DNA of 46,979 nt from Armatimonadota bacterium (GTDB lineage Bacteria; Vulcanimicrobiota; JACPDS01; JBDRKI01): NCBI GenBank assembly GCA_043814095.1, contig JBDRKI010000049.1, forward strand, positions 1 to 46,979, written 5' to 3'. Below the pieces are notes generated by a model. That model saw only the letters and a list, made by a program, of their open reading frames with translations, ran no database searches and was not told the origin of the DNA. Positions 1 through 9,895 of the stretch are shown one piece after another (within the stretch, counting starts at the first letter, position 1; every line of letters begins with the position of its first letter). The position numbers and the translations under genes were made by a program.

Positions 1-107
<107 letters not shown>

Positions 108-261
108 TTACCTCCTAAATTTTACCCTTATTTTTTAAAATTATTTAAACCTTATTCATATTTTTTGTTTCTTTTTTTTCAGTTTCTATATTTTTCCTTA
201 AACTGCACCTCCCTTTACGGTTTATTATATATATTAATTATTTAATTTACAGTAAAACTCA

Positions 262-289
262 ATTATATACATTATCAGGTTATTGTCAA
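262..289 (-). promoter_or_regulatory. Sigma70/SigA-type promoter upstream of tuf
   Basis: Minus strand TTGACA (289-284) - 16 nt - TATAAT (267-262) in the fusA-tuf gap. Confidence 0.75.
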
Positions 290-307
290 TATTTATGATA
301 ATTATGT

Positions 308-2389
308 TTAATACACGCCGTGCATTCTGGATACTATCTTATCCTGTATCTGTTTGGGCACCTGATCATACCGATAAAACTCCATGTTATAAACGGCTCT
401 GCCCTGTGAAAGGGACCTTAACGTCGTAGCGTACCCGAACATTTCAGCAAGAGAAATATGCGCTTTAATAACCCTTGTATTCCCCGCTCCCTGCTCATTG
501 GACAGGATTTTTCCCCTGCGCGAGTTAATATCCGATATTATATCTCCTATGTATTCCTCGGGTGTGTCAATTTCCACTTTCATAACAGGTTCCATAAGAT
601 GCGCGTCAGCTCTGTTAAGAGCGTCCCTTACGGCCAGAGAAGCCGCGATTTTATACGCTACCGGAACTGAATCCGCTTCATTAAATGTGGCACCTGTCAA
701 TCTGGCCCCGACATTAATTACCGGATAACCCGCCAGAGATCCCGATTCTAAAGTTTCTCTTATTCCCTGTTCTATTTCCGCTGTATATTCCTTAGATAAA
801 AGCTCTTTATCTATCACGGATTCAAAAGTAAACCCGGCGGTTGAGGGAATAAGCTCTAAAGTTACATGCCCGTACTGCCCTCTGCCGGCTACCTGTCTTA
901 AATATTTGTTCTCGGCCAAAGATGAGGACATTATGGATTCCCTGTAGGAAACCTGCGGTTTACCGACATTTGCTTTAACATTAAATTCCCTAAGCAGCCT
1001 GTCTATTATAATTTCAAGGTGCAGTTCACCCATACCGGATATAATTGTCTGACCGGTATCGGCATCTGTTTTCATGTTAAACGTGGGATCTTCTTCCTGA
1101 ATTTTGTTAAGACTTTCAAATAATTTGTCCTGATCAGCCTTTGTCTTAGGTTCAATCGCTATTGATATAACGGGGTTCGGGAATTTTATCTCTTCAAGTA
1201 TTATCGGGTTTTCCTCCGAACACAATGTGTCGCCGGTTGTCGTAAATTTTAAACCCACTATCGCTCCAAGCTCTCCCGCTTTTAACTGCTCTACGTCTTC
1301 CCTGTGATTGGCATGCATTTTAAGTATCCTCGACGGTTTTTCTTTCCTGTCTCTTGTGGAATTTAAAACTCTTTTGCCCGCCTTAAGAATACCTGAATAT
1401 ACTCTCGCGTATATAAGTTTCCCCACATACGGGTCAGACGCGATCTTAAACGCTAACGCGGATAAAGGCGCGTCAGTGTCCGTTTTTCTTGAAGAAATAC
1501 TGCCTTCTAGATCAACTCCCCCAACAGGCGGTATATCCACCGGAGCGGGAAGATAATCCACTATGGCATCCATAAGCGGCTGAACACCTTTGTTTTTTAA
1601 CGATGAACCGCAAAAAACAGGTACAATTTTATAATTTATGGAGCATCTTCTAAGCGCTTTTTTTATATCTTCAGGAGAGGTTTCTTTGTCTCCGTAAAGA
1701 AATTGTTCCATAAACTTTTCGTCATTCTCCGCTAAATTTTCAAGGAGCGCTTCTCTATACTTTAAAGCCGTTGGTTTTATATCTTCCGGTATATCTTTAA
1801 CGGTAATCTGCCTGCCTAAGTCATCTTCATATATATACGCCTTAAACTCTATTAAGTCCGCAATACCGGTGAAACCGCCCTCTATTCCTATGGGCAGCTG
1901 GACCGGAACGGCGTTTGTTTCAAGTTTCTCATTTATCTTTTCCACGACGGTATAAAAATCCGCGCCTGTTCTGTCTATCTTATTTATATATATGATGCGC
2001 GGGATATTATATCTGTTAGCCTGCCTCCATACGGTCTCGGACTGGGGCTGAACCCCGCCGACTGCGCAAAAAACGACTACCACCGCGTCCAGCACTCTTA
2101 ACGACCTCTCAACCTCAACTGTAAAATCTACATGGCCGGGTGTATCAATAATATTTATTACATGTTCTTTCCAGTTGCATGTGGTAACGGCCGAAGTTAT
2201 CGTTATACCGCGTTCCTGTTCCTGTATCATCCAGTCCATGGAAGCCGTACCATCGTCTACCTCTCCCATTCTATGGATCTTATCGGTATAAAATAGTATC
2301 CTCTCGGTCGTCGTTGTCTTGCCCGCGTCTATGTGCGCTGCTATTCCAATGTTCCTGATTTTCTTTAATACTTCTAACTCTGTAGACAT
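308..2389 (-). CDS. fusA: Elongation factor G
   Basis: [51 protein letters not shown] motifs; position in str operon. Confidence 0.98.
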   Translation of the reverse strand: MSTELEVLKKIRNIGIAAHIDAGKTTTTERILFYTDKIHRMGEVDDGTASMDWMIQEQERGITITSAVTTCNWKEHVINIIDTPGHVDFTVEVERSLRVLDAVVVVFCAVGGVQPQSETVWRQANRYNIPRIIYINKIDRTGADFYTVVEKINEKLETNAVPVQLPIGIEGGFTGIADLIEFKAYIYEDDLGRQITVKDIPEDIKPTALKYREALLENLAENDEKFMEQFLYGDKETSPEDIKKALRRCSINYKIVPVFCGSSLKNKGVQPLMDAIVDYLPAPVDIPPVGGVDLEGSISSRKTDTDAPLSALAFKIASDPYVGKLIYARVYSGILKAGKRVLNSTRDRKEKPSRILKMHANHREDVEQLKAGELGAIVGLKFTTTGDTLCSEENPIILEEIKFPNPVISIAIEPKTKADQDKLFESLNKIQEEDPTFNMKTDADTGQTIISGMGELHLEIIIDRLLREFNVKANVGKPQVSYRESIMSSSLAENKYLRQVAGRGQYGHVTLELIPSTAGFTFESVIDKELLSKEYTAEIEQGIRETLESGSLAGYPVINVGARLTGATFNEADSVPVAYKIAASLAVRDALNRADAHLMEPVMKVEIDTPEEYIGDIISDINSRRGKILSNEQGAGNTRVIKAHISLAEMFGYATTLRSLSQGRAVYNMEFYRYDQVPKQIQDKIVSRMHGVY

Positions 2390-2435
2390 ATATTATCCCT
2401 GCTAATCTAAACAATCTATATATATAATAGTAGAA

Positions 2436-2906
2436 TTACCATCTGTAATGAGCAAAAGCCTTATTTGCTTCCGCCATCTTGTGGGTATCTTCTTTCTTCT
2501 TAATTGAAGATCCGGCTCCGGTGCTCGCGTCAATTAATTCACCCGCAAGCTTTTCCTGCATGGTATTACCGGCTCTAGCTCTTGAATAACCTATAATCCA
2601 GCGCATCCCTAAGCTTTCGCGCCTGTCAGGTCTTACTTCAACCGGAACCTGATAGGTAGCGCCGCCGACACGCCTCGGCCTTACTTCTATAACAGGCATA
2701 ACATTATCCAGTGCCTGGTGGAATACCGATATAGGGTCCTTTTTTGTTTTTTCCCTTATAATTTCCAAACTGTTATAAAATATGCTCTCGGCTGTGCTTT
2801 TTTTGCCTTTCCACATTAATTTATTTATAAATTTCGCAATCTGCATATCATTATATACCGGATCCGGCAGTACTTCTCTTTTGGGTGTGCGTCCTTTTCT
2901 AGACAT
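2436..2906 (-). CDS. rpsG: 30S ribosomal protein S7
   Basis: [14 protein letters not shown] and [15 protein letters not shown]; 156 aa; AGGAGG RBS. Confidence 0.99.
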   Translation of the reverse strand: MSRKGRTPKREVLPDPVYNDMQIAKFINKLMWKGKKSTAESIFYNSLEIIREKTKKDPISVFHQALDNVMPVIEVRPRRVGGATYQVPVEVRPDRRESLGMRWIIGYSRARAGNTMQEKLAGELIDASTGAGSSIKKKEDTHKMAEANKAFAHYRW

Positions 2907-2920
2907 TAATTCCTCCTAAT

Positions 2921-3349
2921 TTACTTCGCCGGCTGGGCTTTGGGTCTTTTGGCGCCGTATTTTGATCTGGCCTGCTTTCTGTTCTCAACACCTGCCGTGT
3001 CTAAAGTTCCTCTTATAATATGATATCTTATGCCTGGAAGATCTTTTACTCTTCCGCCTCTTATTAATACAACCGAGTGTTCCTGGAGATTATGGCCTAT
3101 GCCGGGTATATAAGCGGAGACTTCCATGCCGTTGGTTAACCTTATTCTCGCGACTTTCCTTAAAGCAGAATTAGGCTTTTTAGGCGTTACGGTTTTCACC
3201 TGGGTGCAAACCCCTCTTTTCTGAGGCGATCCGCCCACGTCAAAAGTCTTCATTTTCTTTGAATTATAGGCAAAGCGCAATGCCGGAGCATCCACTTTTT
3301 TCCTTTTCTGCTTTCTGCCTTTTCTAATAAGCTGGTTAATCGTTGGCAT
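2921..3349 (-). CDS. rpsL: 30S ribosomal protein S12 (long form)
   Basis: [31 protein letters not shown] motifs. Confidence 0.99.
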   Translation of the reverse strand: MPTINQLIRKGRKQKRKKVDAPALRFAYNSKKMKTFDVGGSPQKRGVCTQVKTVTPKKPNSALRKVARIRLTNGMEVSAYIPGIGHNLQEHSVVLIRGGRVKDLPGIRYHIIRGTLDTAGVENRKQARSKYGAKRPKAQPAK

Positions 3350-3384
3350 AAAAATCTCTCCTGTTCTTTTTAAAAGTTACTCTT

Positions 3385-3417
3385 CAAAAATAAAAATTAT
3401 TCGCTTTTAGCGAATAA
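3385..3417 (-). terminator. Terminator-like hairpin upstream of rpsL
   Basis: Perfect 9-bp inverted repeat TTATTCGCT (3397-3405)/AGCGAATAA (3409-3417), followed on the minus strand by T-rich tail. Confidence 0.45.
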
Positions 3418-3442
3418 AATAAGAAAAACTTAATCCGACCGT

Positions 3443-3471
3443 ATTTTATCATTAAAAAAGTATTATGTCAA
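3443..3471 (-). promoter_or_regulatory. Promoter of the str operon
   Basis: Minus strand TTGACA (3471-3466) - 17 nt - TAAAAT (3448-3443). Confidence 0.7.
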
Positions 3472-3500
3472 TAGATTTTTTGCTTTTTTTCCAAAAAAAT

Positions 3501-4682
3501 CTATTGCCTTGAAAGGGACATAATGCTTTTTAATTTATTTTTAGCCCTCTTTTTAACCTTGTCTATAAGCCTCGCGTACAGGTCTTTATAGGAGACATTC
3601 CCCACAAGCAGCTGGTAGTAATAACTGCCCAGGTGCCTGTAATCCTGCAGTATATTAAAGCATAGCCTGGGGAAAGTATATACAAGGACAGCCAGTCTCT
3701 CGGCTATTTTAAACTCGCTTAATACTTCATCTTTAATTCTTTTTTTGTAAAGTTTATTTATAATTTCCGGATGATCAAAATTATTTATAATAAATTCGGA
3801 TAATATTTTTGAAGAATAAATGGCATGGTAAATTCCTTCTCCGGTAAAAGGATCAACAAGTCCGGCGGCCTCACCCGCAAGGAAAACACCGCCCGAACTT
3901 ATACTGGATCTTTCATCTATTAACGTGGAAATAAAACATCCTCTTACTTTTTCTATATTAAGATTATTTGTTAATTTATTTTTCTTATAAAAATCATAGA
4001 GGTAAATTTTAGGATCTTTTTTTATCTTTCTTTTTACATTGTAGAATAAACCCATCCCGAGGGTGAGAAAATCAGCCTTAGGAAAAATCCAGCCGTATCC
4101 GTGAGGAACATCCCCCAAATCAAACCACACAGCATCCGTATCCATGCCTTTTCCGTACTTCGGGCGCGTAAGTTCTGCAGTTAAAGTAAGGTAGCGCCTT
4201 ATTTTATGAGCCAGCCCGCTTTTTTTTCTTATTATAGAATTATTCCCGTCAGCCCCTATTAAATACCTGGTTTTATAAACTCCCTTTCCGGTTTCTACAT
4301 TATATATATTATCTTTCTTATGAAAACCCGTAACGCGCTCGCTGGAGATAAATTTCGCGCCGGCAGATACAGCTTTCTCAAGCAAAAAGAAATCAAGCTT
4401 ATCCCTTGATGCCAGATAACCCATTGACTCACCCATGGATATCTGGAAGGGCTCGGAGCTTTTATAGGTTACATAACAGTTTGACACCTGCTCTTCAGCC
4501 ACAGGAGTTAAGTCAAATTCTGTCAGGTTTAATATTTTTTTCGAAACAAGCCCCCCGCATGCCTTATACCTGGGAAATTCGCATTTATCCAGAACAAGAA
4601 CATTCAGTCCCGCTTTGCTTAAATAATAACCGGCTGTGGACCCTGCAGGGCCCGCTCCCGCTATTACGGCATCATAAATCAT
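3501..4682 (-). CDS. Geranylgeranyl reductase family FAD-dependent oxidoreductase
   Basis: GAGPAG Rossmann motif, FPRYKACGG, GADG, GYGWIFPK, GEAAGLVDPFTGEGI. Confidence 0.9.
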   Translation of the reverse strand: MIYDAVIAGAGPAGSTAGYYLSKAGLNVLVLDKCEFPRYKACGGLVSKKILNLTEFDLTPVAEEQVSNCYVTYKSSEPFQISMGESMGYLASRDKLDFFLLEKAVSAGAKFISSERVTGFHKKDNIYNVETGKGVYKTRYLIGADGNNSIIRKKSGLAHKIRRYLTLTAELTRPKYGKGMDTDAVWFDLGDVPHGYGWIFPKADFLTLGMGLFYNVKRKIKKDPKIYLYDFYKKNKLTNNLNIEKVRGCFISTLIDERSSISSGGVFLAGEAAGLVDPFTGEGIYHAIYSSKILSEFIINNFDHPEIINKLYKKRIKDEVLSEFKIAERLAVLVYTFPRLCFNILQDYRHLGSYYYQLLVGNVSYKDLYARLIDKVKKRAKNKLKSIMSLSRQ

Positions 4683-4723
4683 AGATATTCCCCCGGTAAG
4701 ATTACACAGATTTTAACTAACCC

Positions 4724-5950
4724 TTAAAACAGTTCTGTTAATGAAGTAACGTAATTAATTATATTTGAGAAAAACTTCTTTTTGGGAAGATTCTTTTTTA
4801 TTATCTCAAAAGCCAGTTTTCTGGCTTTGGGTATCTTTAAAAGAGCCACTACCAAATCTTTATGCCTTTCATAATGAGCCCTGTTTTCAATTATCTTCTT
4901 AACCGGAGCGGTTTTAACAAGCTCAAATATTTTGTTTATATAATTGTCATCCACATTTTCAAAGAAGCTTCTTAAAAGTATCCCGGCCTGCAGTTCGCTC
5001 CCGAGATTGTCTTTCCATTCTTTATCGTATTTTTTAACTTTCTTAAGGTTAAAATCTTTGCCGTTATACGCGGCTTTAAGATTCTTAAATAAAATATCCG
5101 CGCATATAAGGCCGTAATACACTCCGCCCCCGCTGGTTGTCTTAAGTTGGGCCGCGGCGTCCCCCAGCGCGGCAATCCTGTTTACAACGGTCTCTTTGGG
5201 TATCCCCACCGGTATCCTTCTGTATTTAACCGATTCCAGAACCCCTAAAACCCTGTCCTTTAACTGCTTGGTCTTCAAGAGATTTTCAAAACACGCTTTC
5301 GCTTTTATCCTTGTTATAACTCCTGCTTTGGCGATTCTTCCGGAAGTCGCGACAACATAAGCGAAGGACCCCGGCGCCACAATTTTACCGGTATATATTT
5401 CCGCGCCTTTAAGATTGGCAATCTCAACTTCCGTCTGGACGCTTTTATAAAAAGATCTCGGGCGGGAAATACCGCTTTCATAAGGAAGATTGCTCATGGC
5501 ACCCGTTGCTATTATGCAGAACTTGCCTTCAATTTTTTTTATCTGCTTATCCTTTTTATTCTGCACATGAACTATAACTTTTTTATCCAGATTTTCAACT
5601 TTCACGGCTTTGGCTGAAAGTTCGTACTTTACGCCTTTCCTGACCGCGATATCGGAAAGGGTTGAATCAAATTTAGCCCTGTCAACCACATAAGCTTTTA
5701 ACCTGTTGGGCAGGTAAAAATAATCACCTCTGGGAGAGAAAACCTTAAAATAAGGCATCTCATCTATAATTGAATTTGAGGGAATGTTAAAATGCTGGAA
5801 CAGATCTTCACCTATAACACCTGTGCAGTGCACGGGCGTTCCGATCTGGTCATGTTCTTCCAGAGTTACCACTTTAAAACCCGCCGCTGACAATTCTCCC
5901 GAGATAAAATTTCCGGCGGGTCCGGCTCCTATAACTATTATGTCGTACAA
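4724..5950 (-). CDS. Geranylgeranyl reductase family (DGGGPL-reductase-like) FAD oxidoreductase
   Basis: YDIIVIGAGPAG, GTPVHCTG, DRAKFD, GDAAAQLKTTSGGG; TTG start with AGGAG RBS. Confidence 0.85.
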   Translation of the reverse strand: MYDIIVIGAGPAGNFISGELSAAGFKVVTLEEHDQIGTPVHCTGVIGEDLFQHFNIPSNSIIDEMPYFKVFSPRGDYFYLPNRLKAYVVDRAKFDSTLSDIAVRKGVKYELSAKAVKVENLDKKVIVHVQNKKDKQIKKIEGKFCIIATGAMSNLPYESGISRPRSFYKSVQTEVEIANLKGAEIYTGKIVAPGSFAYVVATSGRIAKAGVITRIKAKACFENLLKTKQLKDRVLGVLESVKYRRIPVGIPKETVVNRIAALGDAAAQLKTTSGGGVYYGLICADILFKNLKAAYNGKDFNLKKVKKYDKEWKDNLGSELQAGILLRSFFENVDDNYINKIFELVKTAPVKKIIENRAHYERHKDLVVALLKIPKARKLAFEIIKKNLPKKKFFSNIINYVTSLTELF

Positions 5951-5960
5951 AGTTCAACTC

Positions 5961-6698
5961 CTACTTCAAAATATTCTTGACTTTTTTGATTTTCTGCCTT
6001 ATAAATCTTACCCTCTTTGTTCTTTTATTCCATGAAGCCTGGAAGGTTATCCATAAAGACTTAAAGAGTAGTTTTATATCAAGCCAGAAGTTCCATTTCT
6101 GTATATAAAAAAGGTCATATTTTAACTTCATATAGGGGCATGAATCATAATTGCCGTAAACCTGAGCCATACCGGTAAGGCCGGGCTTAACTATGTTTCT
6201 TATGGTAAAATTAGGATAGCTCTTAATAATCTCTTCAACAAGCTCGGGTCTTTCGGGACGCGGCCCCACAAAACTCAACTGCCCCCTTAAAATATTTATA
6301 AGCTGGGGCATCTCGTCAAACGCCATAGACCTTATAATTTTCCCTGTTCCTGTAATCCTTGAGTCATTTACCTCGGCAAGAACAGGCTTCCCTTTCTCCG
6401 CGCCTTTTCTCATTGACCTGAATTTCAACAGGTTAAAAACTTTATTGTGGAGGCCCATCCGGGGCTGCCTGAATAAAACGGGAGGACCGTCTTCAATTAA
6501 AATCGCAATTGATATAATTAAAACCACTGGCGAAAAAACTATAATGCCGAATAAACTTAACAGGATATCAAATATTCTTTTAAATATCCTGTACTTTCTC
6601 CGCACGATCTTGCATCCTAAGTAAGCTTCCAGCTCACTTGAAGGATCCGCGATTCTATTTTTATATTCCGTTCTGCTTTGAGGCTTATTTATTACCAT
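5961..6698 (-). CDS. Monotopic priming polyprenyl-phosphate glycosyl-1-phosphate transferase (bacterial sugar transferase family)
   Basis: KRIFDI, KFRSM, DEMPQLINILRGQLSFVGPRPERP, KPGLTGMAQV motifs. Confidence 0.93.
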   Translation of the reverse strand: MVINKPQSRTEYKNRIADPSSELEAYLGCKIVRRKYRIFKRIFDILLSLFGIIVFSPVVLIISIAILIEDGPPVLFRQPRMGLHNKVFNLLKFRSMRKGAEKGKPVLAEVNDSRITGTGKIIRSMAFDEMPQLINILRGQLSFVGPRPERPELVEEIIKSYPNFTIRNIVKPGLTGMAQVYGNYDSCPYMKLKYDLFYIQKWNFWLDIKLLFKSLWITFQASWNKRTKRVRFIRQKIKKVKNILK

Positions 6699-8127
6699 CT
6701 TTTTTCCATCTTTTTATATATTCTAAACGCTGTATCTGCGGGAGCAGGTTTTTATCAATATAGTCCCATGAAAAAGCCGCGATTAAGCCGAAGAACGCCC
6801 CGAACATAAAGCCCATAATTAAATTTTGCTTAACTCTGGGATAGCTTTTTTTCTCGGGCGCAACCGCTATATCAAGCACTTCAAGCTCGGGAGACTCCTG
6901 CGCTTCGTTTATCCGGGTAGATTCAAGATCGCGCTCAAACATCGCGCATATCATTTTTTTCCCTTCAAACTGCCTTTTAAGATCCAGATATTTTAAAATT
7001 ACATCAGGGAGAGATGCCATCTCTTTGTCAAACCTTTTCTTGCTCTCTTTAAGGGCTTCCCGTCTTGCTTCAACCACAAAAAAGTTTGTCTGGAAATTCA
7101 CAAATTCCTTTGAGAAATTGGAGTTTAAGTTTGCTATATATTTTCTTACCTGCTGGCGGTAGATATTTTCTAATGTATCAATCTCTGACTTTAATTTAAC
7201 AACCACAGGGTGTTTATCACTTCTTCCCTTTCTGGCCAGATGAAGATTTACTCTTTTGCTTACCAGTTCTTCCCTTAATTTTGTAAGTGTATTGTCCATT
7301 GTAGGATTAACATGTGAAAAATCTTTATGTGTAAGGTTAAGTTCCGATATGAGTTCTTTTTTCATATTGCCCAGAGCATTTTTAAATTTATCGTATTCCA
7401 CCTCTGTCTGGGCTATATCCATCTCGAGCCTTTCTTTCTTGTGCTCAATACCCTGGGTATACATATCAACATCAAATATTTTATGCTTTGCTATGAAAGC
7501 TTTCATTTTTTCGTTTAAATCTTCCATTTCTTTCTGTTTAACTTTTAACTGTTCCTCAAGAAAAACACGGCGCCTCTGGGCCGCGCCTGTTTTGTTATTA
7601 TCATTATAATCCTTAACAAGATCCACGTAAGCATTAGCCATATCAGCGGCCAGCTGGGGCGTTTTTGCCCTTGTAATTATGGTGAGCAGTCCGTTTTTAT
7701 TAACGCTGATGCCGGTGCTGGCCCTTAAAAATTCCAGCATTCTTTCCTTGCTTTTAATGTGGTAAATATCATAAAGACCAAGCTTATCAGCAAGACCCAG
7801 TCTTACTTTTTTGCTTTCAAGAATTATCCTTACATAACCGGCGGTTGCTATTTTATTAAGGAGGGGATTCGTAAACGAAGAATATGAAGAAGATCCTCCT
7901 TTATCATCACTGCCGCCCATGGGAAGGCTTATCCCTCCGAAAGAAATAACACTGCCGCCTCCGGAACCGGAAAAAACAACCGTTGTTTCGGATTCATAAA
8001 TCTTCGGAGAAAGCAGGGTAAAAACCGCGGTAAAGAAAACTATAGCAGAAAGCACTATAAAAAAAACCATTCTGTTTTTGTACAGTACTTTTAAATATTC
8101 TTTTATGTCAATCTCTTTAAGTTTCAT
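6685..8127 (-). CDS. Polysaccharide co-polymerase / chain-length regulator (GumC/Wzz-like, no kinase domain)
   Basis: N- and C-terminal TM helices, long coiled coil, SDKHPVV motif, Pro-rich VLDIAVAPEKKSYPR before TM2; no Walker A domain. Confidence 0.85.
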   Translation of the reverse strand: MKLKEIDIKEYLKVLYKNRMVFFIVLSAIVFFTAVFTLLSPKIYESETTVVFSGSGGGSVISFGGISLPMGGSDDKGGSSSYSSFTNPLLNKIATAGYVRIILESKKVRLGLADKLGLYDIYHIKSKERMLEFLRASTGISVNKNGLLTIITRAKTPQLAADMANAYVDLVKDYNDNNKTGAAQRRRVFLEEQLKVKQKEMEDLNEKMKAFIAKHKIFDVDMYTQGIEHKKERLEMDIAQTEVEYDKFKNALGNMKKELISELNLTHKDFSHVNPTMDNTLTKLREELVSKRVNLHLARKGRSDKHPVVVKLKSEIDTLENIYRQQVRKYIANLNSNFSKEFVNFQTNFFVVEARREALKESKKRFDKEMASLPDVILKYLDLKRQFEGKKMICAMFERDLESTRINEAQESPELEVLDIAVAPEKKSYPRVKQNLIMGFMFGAFFGLIAAFSWDYIDKNLLPQIQRLEYIKRWKKDGNK

Positions 8128-8150
8128 AATCTTTATAAACTTCCCTCAAA

Positions 8151-9758
8151 TTATTCAAATATTTTCTTTAAAGCGTAAACATTAACTACGCTTTGAATAA
8201 CGCCGAATATATCTTTATATGACACAATCTCTGTTCTGGGCACATAAATTATGTCTTCGGGCAATATTTTTACGGGTTTAGATTTTTTACCCTGTATCAT
8301 ATTAGCCATGTTAACCGTATAAACTTCCGGTTTTTTATGATCGCCGCGGATGATCTTTATATTGCCCATATTAGCGTACATTAAAGGGCCGCCCGCCAAT
8401 ACCACATATTCTTTCACGGTGCTGCCGGCCGCATACGGGAATACTCCCGGCGCTTTAAGCTCGCCCACAACATATACATTATCCAGAATAGGAGGAACTG
8501 CCAGTGTGTCACCCTGCTTAAGCTCTAAGTTCTGTGTCTGGTCGTTTTCATGCAGTAATTTATGCATATCCACGCCTATAACAGACCTTGTCCCGTCTTC
8601 ATTAATCCTGTTAATCTGGGCAAGTCTTAAGTTTGCTTTATCCGTCAGGCCGCCGCACGCGTTTACTATATCCAATACTTTCGCGCCATTGCTTATTTCA
8701 TAACGCCACTTATTAGTGTAGCCAAGCGCCGACATTTTCTGGTTGTGCAGTTCGGTTAATTTAGAGGCTCCCTGGGGTGTATTAAATTCTCCCGCTATAG
8801 TAATGTAGTTCTGGTAAATCTCTTTTGTGGGAACTACGATAATATCCCCGTCCATAACCTTAAAATCTTTGTGCTTATCTTTTAAGTCAATTCTTATTAC
8901 TTCCTGGTTATTCGTGCCGCTTACCTCTCTTTCGACAAAAACATTTTCAGGTATGGAATCGTGGGTAAAACCGGCAGCCATATCTATCATATCCTGGACA
9001 GTCTCGCCGTTTGTAATCTCATAAACGCCGGGCCTGTTAACTTCCCCCCTTACTCTTACCTCGTGAAGCAACGGCGGCACATAAATTATATCACCTGCTT
9101 TTAAACAATGCTTATCAGACTCCTCTCCCAGAAAAACGACTTCATAAGCATTATAGCTTTGTTCCTGACCGTCTCTTTTTATCTTTATGTTAAACATTGA
9201 AGCATTAGGCATTATCCCGCCTGCTTCTCCCAGAAGATCCGTAACCGAATAAAACGGGTTTGCCATATATGATCCGGGAACCACCACTTCACCAGTAACG
9301 CTTACTTTAAATGTCCTTACCCCTACCAGTTCAATAGAATATTTACAGTCTCTGTAAAACTTATTTAAAAACACGGTTAATTGATGCTTAACTTCTTTTA
9401 AAGTCATCCCCGCGACATGAATCTTGCCGAATTCAGGCATAAACAGGTCCCCTGACGGGTTCACTATAAGTATAAATTCTTCGGAAAGAGGTCCGTATAT
9501 ATCAACCTTTATCTTATCTCCGGTGTCAACAACGTAATCACGGGGATCAACATTCTGAATAAATTTATCCATTTCCTGAGTAAGTCTTAACTTGCTTACC
9601 TTAATAATGTTCTCGTTAAAAATCTTTATCTTGTCCTGGTTAAAGTTGCTGTTAAACTCGGGGATAGAAATATCGGCTGAAATAACCGGAGCAAAATTCA
9701 AAATAAAAAACACAAATAATAAGGCTACGGCCGTAATCTTATTTTTGTTCTTGCGCAT
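8151..9758 (-). CDS. Polysaccharide export protein with multiple SLBB domains (Wza/KpsD-like)
   Basis: Signal peptide; YVVDTGDKIKV..G.LFMPEFGKIHVAGMTL Poly_export motif; repeated V.GEV..PG / GD.I.VP SLBB units. Confidence 0.88.
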   Translation of the reverse strand: MRKNKNKITAVALLFVFFILNFAPVISADISIPEFNSNFNQDKIKIFNENIIKVSKLRLTQEMDKFIQNVDPRDYVVDTGDKIKVDIYGPLSEEFILIVNPSGDLFMPEFGKIHVAGMTLKEVKHQLTVFLNKFYRDCKYSIELVGVRTFKVSVTGEVVVPGSYMANPFYSVTDLLGEAGGIMPNASMFNIKIKRDGQEQSYNAYEVVFLGEESDKHCLKAGDIIYVPPLLHEVRVRGEVNRPGVYEITNGETVQDMIDMAAGFTHDSIPENVFVEREVSGTNNQEVIRIDLKDKHKDFKVMDGDIIVVPTKEIYQNYITIAGEFNTPQGASKLTELHNQKMSALGYTNKWRYEISNGAKVLDIVNACGGLTDKANLRLAQINRINEDGTRSVIGVDMHKLLHENDQTQNLELKQGDTLAVPPILDNVYVVGELKAPGVFPYAAGSTVKEYVVLAGGPLMYANMGNIKIIRGDHKKPEVYTVNMANMIQGKKSKPVKILPEDIIYVPRTEIVSYKDIFGVIQSVVNVYALKKIFE

Positions 9759-9820
9759 AATGACCTCATAAATAATAATATAAGCTACGTATTTAAAATC
9801 ATAGCTCTTTTTATCATATC

Positions 9821-9849
9821 ATTATATACAATATATATAATAAATTCAA
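9821..9849 (-). promoter_or_regulatory. Promoter for export/priming/GGR unit
   Basis: Minus strand TTGAAT (9849-9844) - 17 nt - TATAAT (9826-9821). Confidence 0.55.
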
Positions 9850-9895
9850 GATTTTTCAAATAACTTTCTGAATAATTATATTTATTCCTTTAAAA

